Origin: Acidimicrobiia bacterium
GTDB lineage: Bacteria > Actinomycetota > Acidimicrobiia > Spongiisociales > ZC4RG35
Direction: 5' to 3'
Assembly (NCBI GenBank): GCA_035281645.1
Contig: DATEDN010000145.1
Span: forward strand, 65,684 to 129,683
DNA length: 64,000 nucleotides
This document shows positions 51,815 through 60,652 of the stretch, piece after piece; the stretch's first letter is position 1, and the number at the start of each line of letters is the position of its first letter. The position numbers and the translations under genes are program-made. A model generated the notes under the pieces. That model was not told the DNA's origin, ran no database searches, and worked only from the letters and a program-made list of their open reading frames with translations.

Positions 51815-53323
51815 TCAGCCGGCCTTGTTCAAGGCGCTGGCAAAGGCCTCCGCCGAACCCTCGACCACGTCGGTGTTTACCGAGTGTCCCGCGTAAGTCC
51901 GATCGTCTATCTGGACGACGACATTCACCTCAGCCATGGCGTCGGCTCCAGAGGTAACCGGGACCACCCGATAATCGATCAACTTGGCTTCGGTGCCAAA
52001 GGCGAGTCGGAGGGCGGCAAAGGTGGCATGGATCATCCCGTCGCCCTGCCCGGAGAAAAGCTGCTCAGTACCGTCCTTTTCGACTCGCACAGTGGCAATG
52101 GGGGTGAGGTCGCTTCCTCCGGCGACGTGGATGCCCACCAGCCGGACCTTCTCTTTCGCTTCCCCGATCTGGTCTTCGACGATCGCCCTGATTTCGTCTT
52201 CGCCGATTTGGACCTTGCGGTCGGCGAGCTGCTTGAACCTCTCAAAGGCGCGGGCATATGACTCATCCTCGAGGACGATCCCCATCTTCTTCAAGGCGTC
52301 GGTGAATCCGGCCCGACCCGAGTGCTTTCCGAGGACGATCTGAGCGGCCTGTTGTCCCACCGCAGCCGCGTCCATGATCTCGTAGGTTTCCTTGTCTCGT
52401 AGCACGCCGTGCTGATGGATGCCGGATTCGTGGGCGAAGGCATTGCGCCCCACCACGGCTTTGTTGTACTGCACGGGATATCCCGTCAGCCGCGAGACAA
52501 GACGCGAGGTTTCGTAGAGCTGAGTGGTATCGACTCCCAAATCGACACCGAAGGCATCCTGGCGGGTCTTGACTGCCATCACCACTTCCTCGATCGATGT
52601 GTTTCCCGCCCGTTCGCCGATGCCGTTGATGGCGCCCTCGATCTGACGAGCGCCCGCGGAGATCGAAGAGAGCGAATTGGCCACGGCCAGGCCGAGATCG
52701 TTATGGCAATGGACTGACATCGTCACGTCATCGCGGTCGCCTTTGACCTCCTTGAAGACTCGCTGCAGCAACGCCACGAAATCGGCCGGAGTGGCGAACC
52801 CGACGGTGTCGGGAATATTGATCGTGGTAGCTCCCGCCTCCACCGCGGCCCGACAGACCGAGATCATGAAGTCCGGATCGGAGCGGGTGGCGTCCTGAGG
52901 AGAGAACTCAACATCGTCCGTGTACTGGTGTGCCCTGCGAACGCCTTCGACTGACGCTCGAAAAACCTCGTCCGGAGTCAGTCGCAGCATCTTCTCCATG
53001 TGAATCGGCGAGGTCGACATGAAGACGTGAATGCGGAAGTTGTCCGCTCCCTTCAGGGCTTCATACGCCTTGTCGATGTCATCGGGGTGGGCTCGGGCGA
53101 GAGAGGCGATCACCGGTCCCCGAACCTCGTTGGCGATCCGGGTGACGGCTTCGAAATCTCCCGGGGACGAGGCGGCAAAGCCGGCTTCGAGGATGTCCAC
53201 CCGCAGCTTTGCGAGCTGGTGAGCGATGGTGACTTTCTCCTCGGGGGTGAGGGCGATGCCGGGCGCTTGTTCGCCATCGCGCAGCGTGGTGTCGAAGATG
53301 ACCAGTCGATCGGAGAGGTTCAC
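51815..53323 (-). CDS. leuA: 2-isopropylmalate synthase (short, E. coli-type form)
   Basis: [61 protein letters not shown], and a LeuA dimer/regulatory tail. The GTG start at 53323 overlaps the ilvC TGA (GTGA) and follows GAAGGAGG. The track start at 53455 is an over-extension. Confidence 0.9.
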   Translation of the reverse strand: MNLSDRLVIFDTTLRDGEQAPGIALTPEEKVTIAHQLAKLRVDILEAGFAASSPGDFEAVTRIANEVRGPVIASLARAHPDDIDKAYEALKGADNFRIHVFMSTSPIHMEKMLRLTPDEVFRASVEGVRRAHQYTDDVEFSPQDATRSDPDFMISVCRAAVEAGATTINIPDTVGFATPADFVALLQRVFKEVKGDRDDVTMSVHCHNDLGLAVANSLSSISAGARQIEGAINGIGERAGNTSIEEVVMAVKTRQDAFGVDLGVDTTQLYETSRLVSRLTGYPVQYNKAVVGRNAFAHESGIHQHGVLRDKETYEIMDAAAVGQQAAQIVLGKHSGRAGFTDALKKMGIVLEDESYARAFERFKQLADRKVQIGEDEIRAIVEDQIGEAKEKVRLVGIHVAGGSDLTPIATVRVEKDGTEQLFSGQGDGMIHATFAALRLAFGTEAKLIDYRVVPVTSGADAMAEVNVVVQIDDRTYAGHSVNTDVVEGSAEAFASALNKAG

Positions 53324-54324
53324 GGTGCCTCCTTCGGAGTTAGGAAGGGCATGAGGCCCCGGAGTTGTTGTCCAACTTTTTCTATGGGGTGGTTGCGGTT
53401 CGCCGCTCGTTGCTCCAAGAGGTAGGGCGCCCCTTCCCGGGCCTGGGCAAGCCACTCTTGGGCGAAGGCCCCCGACTGAATCTCGTCGAGCACCTTCCGC
53501 ATCTCGGCCTTGGTCTCGTCAGTGACTATCCGCGGGCCCCGTGTGTAGTCACCGTATTCGGCCGTGTCGGAGATCGAATAGCGCATCCAGGAGAGTCCCC
53601 CTTCATAAAGGAGATCGACGATCAACTTCAATTCGTGCAGGGTCTCGAAGTAGGCCGACTCGGGCTGGTAACCGGCTTCGACCAGTGTCTCGTAAGCGCC
53701 CTTGATGAGGGCGGAGACGCCGCCGCAGAGAATCACCTGTTCGCCGAAGAGATCGGTTTCGGTCTCTTCCTTGAACGTCGTCTCCAACACCCCGGCGCGG
53801 GCCCCGCCGATACCCCAGGCATAAGAGAGCCCGAGGGCTCGGGCGTTGCCGGTGGCATCCTGGTGAATGGCGAGGAGGCAGGGAACGCCGGAGCCTTCGG
53901 TGAATGTGCGGCGGACGAGGTGGCCGGGACCTTTGGGCGCCACCATCAAGACGTCGGTGTCCTCTGGGGCGACGATGGCGCCATAGTGGATGTTGAAACC
54001 ATGGGCGAACATGAGGGCGTCGCCCGGGTCGAGTCGGGGACCGATCTCCTCTCGATAGAGGTCGGCCATATGCTGGTCGGGGACCAGCATCATGACTGTG
54101 TCGGCCCACCCGGCCGCCTCGGCCGGGGACATCACCTTGAGTCCGAGTTCGGTGGCCTTAGCCTCCGAACTCGATCCCGGGCGCAGGCCCACCACCACGT
54201 CGGCTCCCGATTCGGAGAGATTGAGCGAATGGGCATGGCCCTGGCTGCCATAGCCGATGACGGCGATCCGACGGGTTTTGATCAGCGTGGGATCGGCATC
54301 GTGCTCGTAGTAGATCTTGCCCAT
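53320..54324 (-). CDS. ilvC: Ketol-acid reductoisomerase
   Basis: [17 protein letters not shown], and blocks [29 protein letters not shown]. Confidence 0.97.
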   Translation of the reverse strand: MGKIYYEHDADPTLIKTRRIAVIGYGSQGHAHSLNLSESGADVVVGLRPGSSSEAKATELGLKVMSPAEAAGWADTVMMLVPDQHMADLYREEIGPRLDPGDALMFAHGFNIHYGAIVAPEDTDVLMVAPKGPGHLVRRTFTEGSGVPCLLAIHQDATGNARALGLSYAWGIGGARAGVLETTFKEETETDLFGEQVILCGGVSALIKGAYETLVEAGYQPESAYFETLHELKLIVDLLYEGGLSWMRYSISDTAEYGDYTRGPRIVTDETKAEMRKVLDEIQSGAFAQEWLAQAREGAPYLLEQRAANRNHPIEKVGQQLRGLMPFLTPKEAP

Positions 54325-54333
54325 TCCTCCTCC

Positions 54334-54840
54334 TCAGTTGACGGCCCGTAATCGCGGCGCCGGTTTGCCTTTGGGCTCCCGCGAGAGGGCTACCCGGCCC
54401 GACTTGACCAACTCGACCAAACCGTAAGGGCGAACCAACTCAAGGAAATCGTTCACCTTGCGGGGCTCACCCGCGATCTGAAAGGTGATCGCGCTATGTC
54501 CGACATCGACGGGAATGGCAGAGAAGATGGTGGCTATCTCGAGGATCTCGCCCCGTTTGCCGGCGCCACCGGTGACTCGCACCAGCATGATCTCGCGCTC
54601 GATCGAGGTCTCGGGATCGAACTCGGAGATCTTGACGACGTTGATCAGCTTGTGAAGCTGCTTCTTCACCTGTTCGATGTCCTCGGCCTCCACGACGACA
54701 GTCATCCGTGACATGCCATCTTCGTGGGAGGGTCCGACGGCGAGGGAGTGGATGTTGAATCCTCGCCGGGCCAGCAGAGAGGAAACCCGCGCCAGCACCC
54801 CGGGCTTGTCCTCGACCACGACCGACAAGGTGTGATTCAT
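54334..54840 (-). CDS. ilvN: Acetolactate synthase small (regulatory) subunit
   Basis: MNHTLSVVVEDKPGVLARVSSLLARRGFNIHSLAVGPS (ACT domain). Confidence 0.95.
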   Translation of the reverse strand: MNHTLSVVVEDKPGVLARVSSLLARRGFNIHSLAVGPSHEDGMSRMTVVVEAEDIEQVKKQLHKLINVVKISEFDPETSIEREIMLVRVTGGAGKRGEILEIATIFSAIPVDVGHSAITFQIAGEPRKVNDFLELVRPYGLVELVKSGRVALSREPKGKPAPRLRAVN

Positions 54841-54842
54841 GA

Positions 54843-54928
54843 TGAGATCTCAGACATCAGATCGCCCGGCTGCGCCGGGCTGTCAGATTTCAGATCTGAT
54901 GTCTGATGTCTGATGTCTGACGTCTTTC
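54843..54928. repeat. Heptamer-array palindromic element, family C, copy 2, filling the ilvB-ilvN spacer
   Basis: CAGACATCAGAT - GCCCGGC tgc GCCGGGC - tGTCAGATTTCAGATCTGATGTC TGATGTC TGATGTC TGACGTC TTTC. It shares the modules GTCAGATTTCAGAT and CTGATGTCTG..CGTCTTTC with copy 1 in reverse orientation. Confidence 0.8.
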
Positions 54929-56677
54929 TCACGGCAGGTCGCTCGCCGGCGAGATGACCTTTTCGGTCGGTCCGAGAATGACCTCGTCATTGGAGCCACC
55001 GGCTGGCACCATCGGGAACACCATCTCCTCGCGATCGATCACGACGTCGACCACCACTGGCTTATCGTCGATGGATAGGGCCTTCTCGAATGTCGGTCCA
55101 AGTTCGTCGGGGCTCTCGGCCCGCAAGCCGACGCATCCCATCGCCTCCGCCAACTTGGCGTAGTCCACTCCGTCTCCCAGGAAGGTCTGCGAAAAGCGTC
55201 CGTTGTAGAAGAGCCGCTGCCATTGGGTGACCATGCCGTGGACCCCGTTGTTGAAGACCGCGACCTTGATCGGGATCTTCTCCGTGGATGCCGTGATCAG
55301 CTCGTTGCAAGTCATCTGGAAGCAACCATCGCCATCAACGGCAAATACCAGGTCTTGGGGAGCCCCCGCCTTGGCCCCAATCGCGGCGGGAACGGCAAAG
55401 CCCATGGTTCCCAGACCCCCCGAGTTGATCCAGCGACGTGGGCGCTCGAAGTGCCAGAACTGACTCGCCCACATTTGGTGCTGGCCGACTCCGGAAACGA
55501 TGGTGGCGTCTCCTCCCGTCAGCCGGTAGAGCTCTTCGATGGCGAATTGAGGCTTGATGGGCCCATCGGGGCTTTGCTGGTACTGGAGGGGGTGTTCTTT
55601 TTGCCAACGGGCGAGGACCTCGAGCCAGGCAGAACGATCGGGCGTCTCCCGCTCACCCCAGGCGGTGACCAGCTGCGAAAGGACTCGCCGGCAGTCGCCC
55701 ACGATCGGAACCTCGGCGGCGCGGACCTTGCCGATCTCCGCCGGGTCGACGTCGACATGAATCACCTGGGCGTGGGGGGCAAAGGACTTCGGATTACCGG
55801 TCACGCGGTCGTCGAAGCGCACCCCGATAGCGATCAAGAGGTCCGCTTTCTGGATGGCGGTGATGGCGGTGTAGGTGCCGTGCATCCCCGGCATCCCCAA
55901 GGCGAGCGGGTGGGAGTCGGGGAAAGCTCCCCGCCCCATCAAGGTGGTGACGACGGGAACCCCGGCAAGCTCGGCGAACTGGCGCAACTCGACCGAGCCG
56001 TTGGCCTTGATCACGCCTCCGCCGACATAAAGGACCGGCCGCTTGGCCCGATTGATCAATTCGACTGCTTCTTTGATGCGGCGGGGATGCCCCTCCACAG
56101 TGGGCCGGTACCCGGGGAGCGATAACTCTCCGGGTTCGGTCCAGTTGGTGGTGTGATTGAGGATGTCCTTGGGAATGTCAACCAGCACCGGGCCGGGTCG
56201 GCCAGTGGAGGCAATGTGGAAGGCTTCGTGGATCACCGAGGCGATCTCGCCCGGATCGGTGACGAAGTAGTTGTGCTTCGTCGCCGGCATGGTGATGCCA
56301 GTGGTGTACGCCTCCTGGAAGGCATCGTTGCCAACGGCCGTGGTCGGTACCTGGCCGGTGATAGCCACGAGGGGCACCGAGTCCATCAGGGCATCGGCGA
56401 GCGGGGTGACCAGGTTGGTAGCGCCAGGGCCCGAGGTGGCGATGCAGACCCCGACTTTTCCGGTCGCCCAGGCATAGCCCTCGGCCATGTGACCTGCGCC
56501 TTGCTCGTGACGGGCGAGGACATGACGGATCGAGGAATCGAGGAGCGGGTCATAGGCGGGGAGGATCGCTCCTCCGGGGACCCCAAAGGCGACGTCGACC
56601 CCTTCCCGCTCGAGCGAGGCGATCAGGGCTTGGGCCCCGGTCATTTTCGATGAAGTTTTCTGCGGGCTCTTGGTCAT
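54929..56677 (-). CDS. ilvB: Acetolactate synthase large (catalytic) subunit
   Basis: TPP enzyme motifs (TGAQALIASLEREGVDVAFGVPGGAILP, GPGATNLVT, GLGTMGFAVPAAIGAK, DGDGCFQM). The ATG at 56677 follows AAGAGGA. The track start at 56713 would run through the attenuator terminator. Confidence 0.95.
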   Translation of the reverse strand: MTKSPQKTSSKMTGAQALIASLEREGVDVAFGVPGGAILPAYDPLLDSSIRHVLARHEQGAGHMAEGYAWATGKVGVCIATSGPGATNLVTPLADALMDSVPLVAITGQVPTTAVGNDAFQEAYTTGITMPATKHNYFVTDPGEIASVIHEAFHIASTGRPGPVLVDIPKDILNHTTNWTEPGELSLPGYRPTVEGHPRRIKEAVELINRAKRPVLYVGGGVIKANGSVELRQFAELAGVPVVTTLMGRGAFPDSHPLALGMPGMHGTYTAITAIQKADLLIAIGVRFDDRVTGNPKSFAPHAQVIHVDVDPAEIGKVRAAEVPIVGDCRRVLSQLVTAWGERETPDRSAWLEVLARWQKEHPLQYQQSPDGPIKPQFAIEELYRLTGGDATIVSGVGQHQMWASQFWHFERPRRWINSGGLGTMGFAVPAAIGAKAGAPQDLVFAVDGDGCFQMTCNELITASTEKIPIKVAVFNNGVHGMVTQWQRLFYNGRFSQTFLGDGVDYAKLAEAMGCVGLRAESPDELGPTFEKALSIDDKPVVVDVVIDREEMVFPMVPAGGSNDEVILGPTEKVISPASDLP

Positions 56678-56707
56678 GGGGTCCTCTTGGTCGGGCTTCT
56701 GGAAGGG

Positions 56708-56734
56708 AAACAAAAACCCTCCCGGTGGGGAGGG
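56708..56734 (-). terminator. Intrinsic terminator of the ilvB leader (attenuator): CCCTCCC-CACC-GGGAGGG followed by TTTTTGTTT
   Basis: Read on the minus strand. A perfect 7-bp GC stem, 4-nt loop and T-tract lie 31 nt upstream of the preferred ilvB ATG. Confidence 0.65.
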
Positions 56735-56771
56735 TCGTAGGGGCGCACACGCCTGAGTTAAGGCGTATGCG

Positions 56772-56801
56772 CTACGGAAGTACGAGGATCTGGTAGGTCA
56801 T
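56772..56801 (-). CDS. Putative ilv leader peptide MTYQILVLP (9 codons)
   Basis: Minus strand: TATAAT (56818-56813), then 11 nt, then ATG ACC TAC CAG ATC CTC GTA CTT CCG TAG. There are four consecutive branched-chain codons (Ile-Leu-Val-Leu). The stop codon is embedded in the base of a long hairpin (56743-56772). Confidence 0.5.
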   Translation of the reverse strand: MTYQILVLP

Positions 56802-56826
56802 CTCTGGCCACCATTATATCGAGACA

Positions 56827-58011
56827 GTGTCGGCCGCCAACTCATTCAGTCCCACTCTGCTCAGCGGTGCAGTGGTGGCGGCAAGAAGGGCCTTGAGAAG
56901 ACTTGAGGAGGAGGAGATTCCGGCACGGGTCCGCGTGGTGGCGAAGAGATCGGGCAAGCTTCCGGCCCCACTGGCATCGAGTCTCATCTCCGAGCTCGAT
57001 CGCAACGAGTGGCTGCGGAAGCTCGCTCTGGACGAGTTGGTCGACGCCGATGGCGCCGGGTCGGAAATGGCCTCAACCGAGTTCCTGCGAAGGGAACCGG
57101 GATGGGAGGAGCGCCTCATCGCTTTGGCCAAGGAAGACGAGAACGCTTTGGCGGAAGAGTCTCACCGCCTGATCTCGGAGGAGCTTGCCGCGGCCAAGGA
57201 GGAGATCCAATCTCTGCGGCGACAACTGCGCAAGACAATCCGCCAGACAGGACAGGCTCCGACCAAGAAAGCGGAGTCGACCGACAGGGAGCTCGAGATC
57301 AGGAAGCTGCGAACGACCTTGCGCTCTATCCAGAAGGAGCTGGCTGCATCCGAGGCAGCCCGCGAAGGGCTGATGTCCGAAGTGGCGCAATTACAGGAGC
57401 GCCTGGACGTTCTCCTCCGACGCCGGAGCGGTCGGTCGACGCCTCCAACGGCGCCCGCCGCCGGGATGCGGCGCGGGCCGCTCGACTTGGCCCGCGATCT
57501 CGACACCCGACTGCACGCCTTGTCGCTGGCTCCGGCCGGGGTCACACCACCGCCGCCTGCACCGGAGAAGGATCACAGGCGGCCGCTATCGATTCCGATC
57601 GGAGTCCGTCCCGACACCGCCGGCGCCATTGAGTGGCTCCTGTCTTACCCGGGTCCGATGACGGTGGCGGTCGATGGCTGGAATCTCGCCTTCCAGCTCA
57701 AGAACCCACCCGGTCGGAAGGAGCGAAGCCAGGTCGAAGCCGCCGTCGGCCGGCTCTCTCATCGTTCAGTGGGAAAGAGAAAGCTCTTGGTTCTCTTCGA
57801 CTCCCGTTTTGATGTAGCCGGGCCTTATCGGGGAACCCATCCTCATGTCGAGGTGCGGTTCCCCGCCTCCGCCGATGAGGCTTTGATCGAGTTGGCGGAA
57901 AAGGAGTCGTCGCTGGTGGTCATAACCTCGGATCGGCGGGTTCGTGAGGAGGCGGGTCGTCTTGGCGCCATCGGACTCTGGGGAGAAGCACTGGTCGACT
58001 GGCTCAAATGA
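56827..58011 (+). CDS. Coiled-coil protein with a C-terminal YacP/NYN-like (PIN-fold) domain
   Basis: The central region is heptad-rich (EELAAAKEEIQSLRRQLRK...LRSIQKELAASEAAREGLMSEVAQLQERL). The C-terminus is MTVAVDGWNLAFQL...LLVLFDS...ADEALIELAE...VVITSDRRVREEA. The 5' end is uncertain because the track start abuts the ilv leader promoter. Confidence 0.55.
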   Translation: MSAANSFSPTLLSGAVVAARRALRRLEEEEIPARVRVVAKRSGKLPAPLASSLISELDRNEWLRKLALDELVDADGAGSEMASTEFLRREPGWEERLIALAKEDENALAEESHRLISEELAAAKEEIQSLRRQLRKTIRQTGQAPTKKAESTDRELEIRKLRTTLRSIQKELAASEAAREGLMSEVAQLQERLDVLLRRRSGRSTPPTAPAAGMRRGPLDLARDLDTRLHALSLAPAGVTPPPPAPEKDHRRPLSIPIGVRPDTAGAIEWLLSYPGPMTVAVDGWNLAFQLKNPPGRKERSQVEAAVGRLSHRSVGKRKLLVLFDSRFDVAGPYRGTHPHVEVRFPASADEALIELAEKESSLVVITSDRRVREEAGRLGAIGLWGEALVDWLK

Positions 58012-59222
58012 GAGTCTTGATCGCCGGAAGCGGCTTTTCGGGGTCGATGGTGGCCCGGGGCCTGGCCCGCAAAGCAGGGGTCGAGGTCGTAATTGTCAAT
58101 GCCGACAACTTTCTGCTCTTCACTCCCATGCTGGCCGAGGCGGCGGTGGGCGACGTCGATCCCCGTCACATCATCGCTCCAATTCGTCAGCTCGCCCCTG
58201 GGGCCGAATTAGTTCAAGGGATTATCGAGTCCATCGACGCCGAGCGACGCATGGTCGTCGTAAACCGTCTCTTCGGGGAAGTTACCGAGTCGATTAGTGC
58301 CGATGCGCTGGTTCTGGCGTTGGGTTCGGTGAGCAATACCTACGGAGTCGCCGGAGCCGACCAGCACGCTCTTCCCTTCAAGACCATCGTCGATGCGCTG
58401 CGGATCCGAAATCGCATCCTCGCCAAGATGGAAGCCGAGGGGAGCGTAGTGGTGGCTGTCGTCGGAGCCGGATTCTCTGGAGCGGAGTTGACCGCGGCGC
58501 TGGCCGATTTCCTCCGCGAAGTTCATCAACGCTTTTACCGCGATGGACCCCCTCCCCGGGTCATGTTGGTCGATGCCGTCGAGCGGGTGACGCCCGCCCT
58601 CACTTCTTCGCTCTCGAAGTCGGCGGCTAGGGCACTCGCCAAGCGCGATGTCCGGCTCGTCCTGGGATCGGCAGTCACCGAAGTGAGCTCCGCGGGCATC
58701 CAGCTCGAAAACGGTGAGTTTGTGGAGGCAGGAACCGTGATTTGGGCGGCGGGGATCAAACCGCATCCGCTCTTGGCAAGTACCGGGGTCGAGACCGATG
58801 GGGGCAAGATTCCAGTCGACGGCCATTTCCGCTCGGCGCGAGCTGGCGTTTATGCGGTGGGCGACGCCGCTCTTTCGCCGACCGGTGACGGAGGATTCTC
58901 CCCCCCCACCGCTCAGTTCGCCCTTCGCCAAGGGAAATATCTAGGGAAGAATCTCGATGTCATCCAAACCGGTCGGACCGTGGCGCCCTTCTCCTACCAG
59001 ACCAAGGGAGAGCTGGTCTCGCTCGGTCATCGCAATGCGGTTGGGAGGGTGATGGGGGTCCCGGTCTCGGGGCTGATTGGCTGGTTCCTCTGGCGCAGTT
59101 ATTACCTGCTGCAGTTGCCGACTACGTTGCGCAAGGCCCGCGTCGCCGCCGACTGGACCCTCGACCTCTTCTTCCCCCCCGACATCGCCTGGCTACCGAG
59201 CTCGGACCTCGGCCCCCTTTAG
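58008..59222 (+). CDS. NAD(P)/FAD-dependent oxidoreductase, type II NADH dehydrogenase (NDH-2)-like
   Basis: Two Rossmann motifs (RVLIAGSGFSGSMVA and VVGAGFSGAELTAALA) plus the GDAA motif (VYAVGDAA). Confidence 0.8.
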   Translation: MRVLIAGSGFSGSMVARGLARKAGVEVVIVNADNFLLFTPMLAEAAVGDVDPRHIIAPIRQLAPGAELVQGIIESIDAERRMVVVNRLFGEVTESISADALVLALGSVSNTYGVAGADQHALPFKTIVDALRIRNRILAKMEAEGSVVVAVVGAGFSGAELTAALADFLREVHQRFYRDGPPPRVMLVDAVERVTPALTSSLSKSAARALAKRDVRLVLGSAVTEVSSAGIQLENGEFVEAGTVIWAAGIKPHPLLASTGVETDGGKIPVDGHFRSARAGVYAVGDAALSPTGDGGFSPPTAQFALRQGKYLGKNLDVIQTGRTVAPFSYQTKGELVSLGHRNAVGRVMGVPVSGLIGWFLWRSYYLLQLPTTLRKARVAADWTLDLFFPPDIAWLPSSDLGPL

Positions 59223-59317
59223 GAAACTAGGGCTTCAGCAGGCGAAAGCCGCATGTTTCTGCATTCAGAACATCGACAGCCGGCATTTCTGTCCCACCCC
59301 TCCCGTATGTTCGAGCA

Positions 59318-59521
59318 ATGCATATCGACTGCGACATCTGCGTAGCAAGGGACACCGACGCCTGTGACGACTGCGTCGTCACCTTTCTTCTCAATACCCC
59401 GCGGCCCTTCGATCTGGAAGACGAGGAGATCGAGGCCCTCGAAATTCTCGCCGAGGAGGGGCTCGTACCCCGTTTGCGGCTTCGGGTGGCGCCCTCCGGG
59501 CCATTATCGGAAACGGGCTAG
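59318..59521 (+). CDS. Hypothetical small Cys-rich protein (CxxC-x7-CxxC)
   Basis: MHIDCDICVARDTDACDDCVVTFLL..., 67 aa with codon third-position GC similar to neighbours, 16 nt upstream of queG. Coding status is unverified. Confidence 0.4.
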   Translation: MHIDCDICVARDTDACDDCVVTFLLNTPRPFDLEDEEIEALEILAEEGLVPRLRLRVAPSGPLSETG

Positions 59522-59536
59522 CAACAATGGGCTCCC

Positions 59537-60652
59537 ATGAATCTTCGGGAGCGGTTGCTTGTGGTCGGGAGCCAAGCCGGCCTGGCCCGGATTGGGTTCA
59601 GCTCCGCCGAACCATTTCCGGAGGTGGGCGAGGAGCTCAAGTCCCGGCGGGCAAGCGGTGCCTCCGGCCGTCTCGGTTTCACCTTTAACGATCCCGATCT
59701 CGCCACCACACCCCGGCGGTCGTTTCCATGGGCGGAGACGATCGTGGTCGGGGCCTATCCGTACGCTCCCGCTCGATCCTCAAAGCCGGCTCCAGGAACG
59801 GCCCGGGTCTCGGCGGCGGCGCGGGCTCCGGGGTACGCGCCGATTCGGGCGGCGCTAAAACAGGTCGCTGAGGCTCTGGCGCACGAGGGCTATCGGGCCG
59901 AGGTGCTGGTAGACGACAATCGTCTGGTCGACCGGGCGGCGGCGGTTCGGGCGGGGCTCGGCTGGTGGGGGAAAAACACCATGGTCCTGGCACCGGGCCT
60001 CGGTCCCTGGTTCCTCCTCGGTTCCGTCGTCACCGATGCCTCGATCGCCCCCGACCAACCCATGAGTCGAGATTGCGGAAGCTGCTCGGCATGCATGCCG
60101 GCCTGCCCAACGGGGGCGCTGGTGTCGCCCGGTGTTCTCGACGCCCGCCGTTGCCTGGCCGCCTGGGCCCAGACTCCCGGCATCATCCCCGTAGAACTAC
60201 GAGAAGCGATGGGGGATCGCATGTATGGATGCGATGACTGCCTCGAGGCTTGTCCGCCCGGTAATCGCGTGGCGGCCACGGCGGAGGGGATTCGCTTCTC
60301 CCTTGCCGAGATCCTGTGCCTTTCCGATCAGAGCTTGCTCGAGGTGTTCGGTCACTGGTTCATTCCCAACCGCGATCCCCGGATCATCAGGCGGAATGCA
60401 TTGATTGCGGCCGGCAACTCGGGTTCCGATTCCCTAGCCCGGCTGGTAGCTCCCTACGCCGGTCATCCGGATTGGCTGCTCCGCGTCCACGCTGTTTGGG
60501 CCCTGGCGCGACTGGGAGGCCCGATGGCAGCGGCCGTGATCGCCGATCGAGCACTGGCTGAGTCAGACCAACGAGTGCGGGACGAGCTGGAAATGGCGGC
60601 GATGAGTGCTCATGCGTCGGCGGGCTGGGTGATGCCCCCCATCGGGAAATAG
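59537..60652 (+). CDS. queG: tRNA epoxyqueuosine(34) reductase QueG
   Basis: GLGWWGKNTMVL, two 4Fe-4S motifs CGSCSACMPACPTGA and CDDCLEACPP, and a HEAT-like C-terminus. Confidence 0.9.
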   Translation: MNLRERLLVVGSQAGLARIGFSSAEPFPEVGEELKSRRASGASGRLGFTFNDPDLATTPRRSFPWAETIVVGAYPYAPARSSKPAPGTARVSAAARAPGYAPIRAALKQVAEALAHEGYRAEVLVDDNRLVDRAAAVRAGLGWWGKNTMVLAPGLGPWFLLGSVVTDASIAPDQPMSRDCGSCSACMPACPTGALVSPGVLDARRCLAAWAQTPGIIPVELREAMGDRMYGCDDCLEACPPGNRVAATAEGIRFSLAEILCLSDQSLLEVFGHWFIPNRDPRIIRRNALIAAGNSGSDSLARLVAPYAGHPDWLLRVHAVWALARLGGPMAAAVIADRALAESDQRVRDELEMAAMSAHASAGWVMPPIGK

